A stretch of 64,000 bases of DNA from Alloascoidea hylecoeti. Taxonomy: Eukaryota. The translations under genes were made by a program, and so were the position numbers. The DNA lies in NCBI GenBank assembly GCA_001600815.1, contig BCKZ01000006.1, forward strand, positions 186,001-250,000. The letters are read 5' to 3'. Below the pieces are notes generated by a model. The model was not told the origin of the DNA and ran no database searches. It was given only the letters and a program-made list of their open reading frames with translations. Below are positions 64,000 through 64,000 of this stretch, one piece after another. Within the stretch, counting starts at the first letter, position 1, and each line of letters opens with the position of its first letter.

Positions 64000-64000
64000 T

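Overview
AT-rich ascomycete yeast chromosome segment, probably Saccharomycotina. CUG appears to be read as Leu, and introns are short (about 55-125 nt). Recognisable genes in order: JSN1/PUF1-2 (5'-truncated), GRR1, a 3-exon TMEM14/TMH11-like gene, an orphan ORF, tRNA-Glu(UUC), GLN1, EXO84, VHC1, RRP7, STE50, RIB1, a STYX-like pseudophosphatase, a decayed SAC7-like RhoGAP, ALT1, YTH1, a Zn2Cys6 factor, ICL1 (ending in SKL), SOL1/2 and BUD4 (5'-truncated). Three gene-poor tracts (about 9.9-16.1, 40.6-52.3 and 55.4-61.0 kb) hold relics of L1-like LINEs and of pogo/Fot1 and Tc1 transposases. The most striking unexplained feature is a 154-nt hairpin at 44866-45019. All 8 of its transition-type mismatches are G-U wobbles on the minus strand, it has an 11-bp basal stem, and a TATA box lies upstream, so it resembles a pri-miRNA or other structured ncRNA gene. 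Also notable are a polyadenylated LINE 3' end abutting the tRNA 5' end and a LINE with an apparent 5' inversion. All gene names come from motif recognition only; no database search was run.
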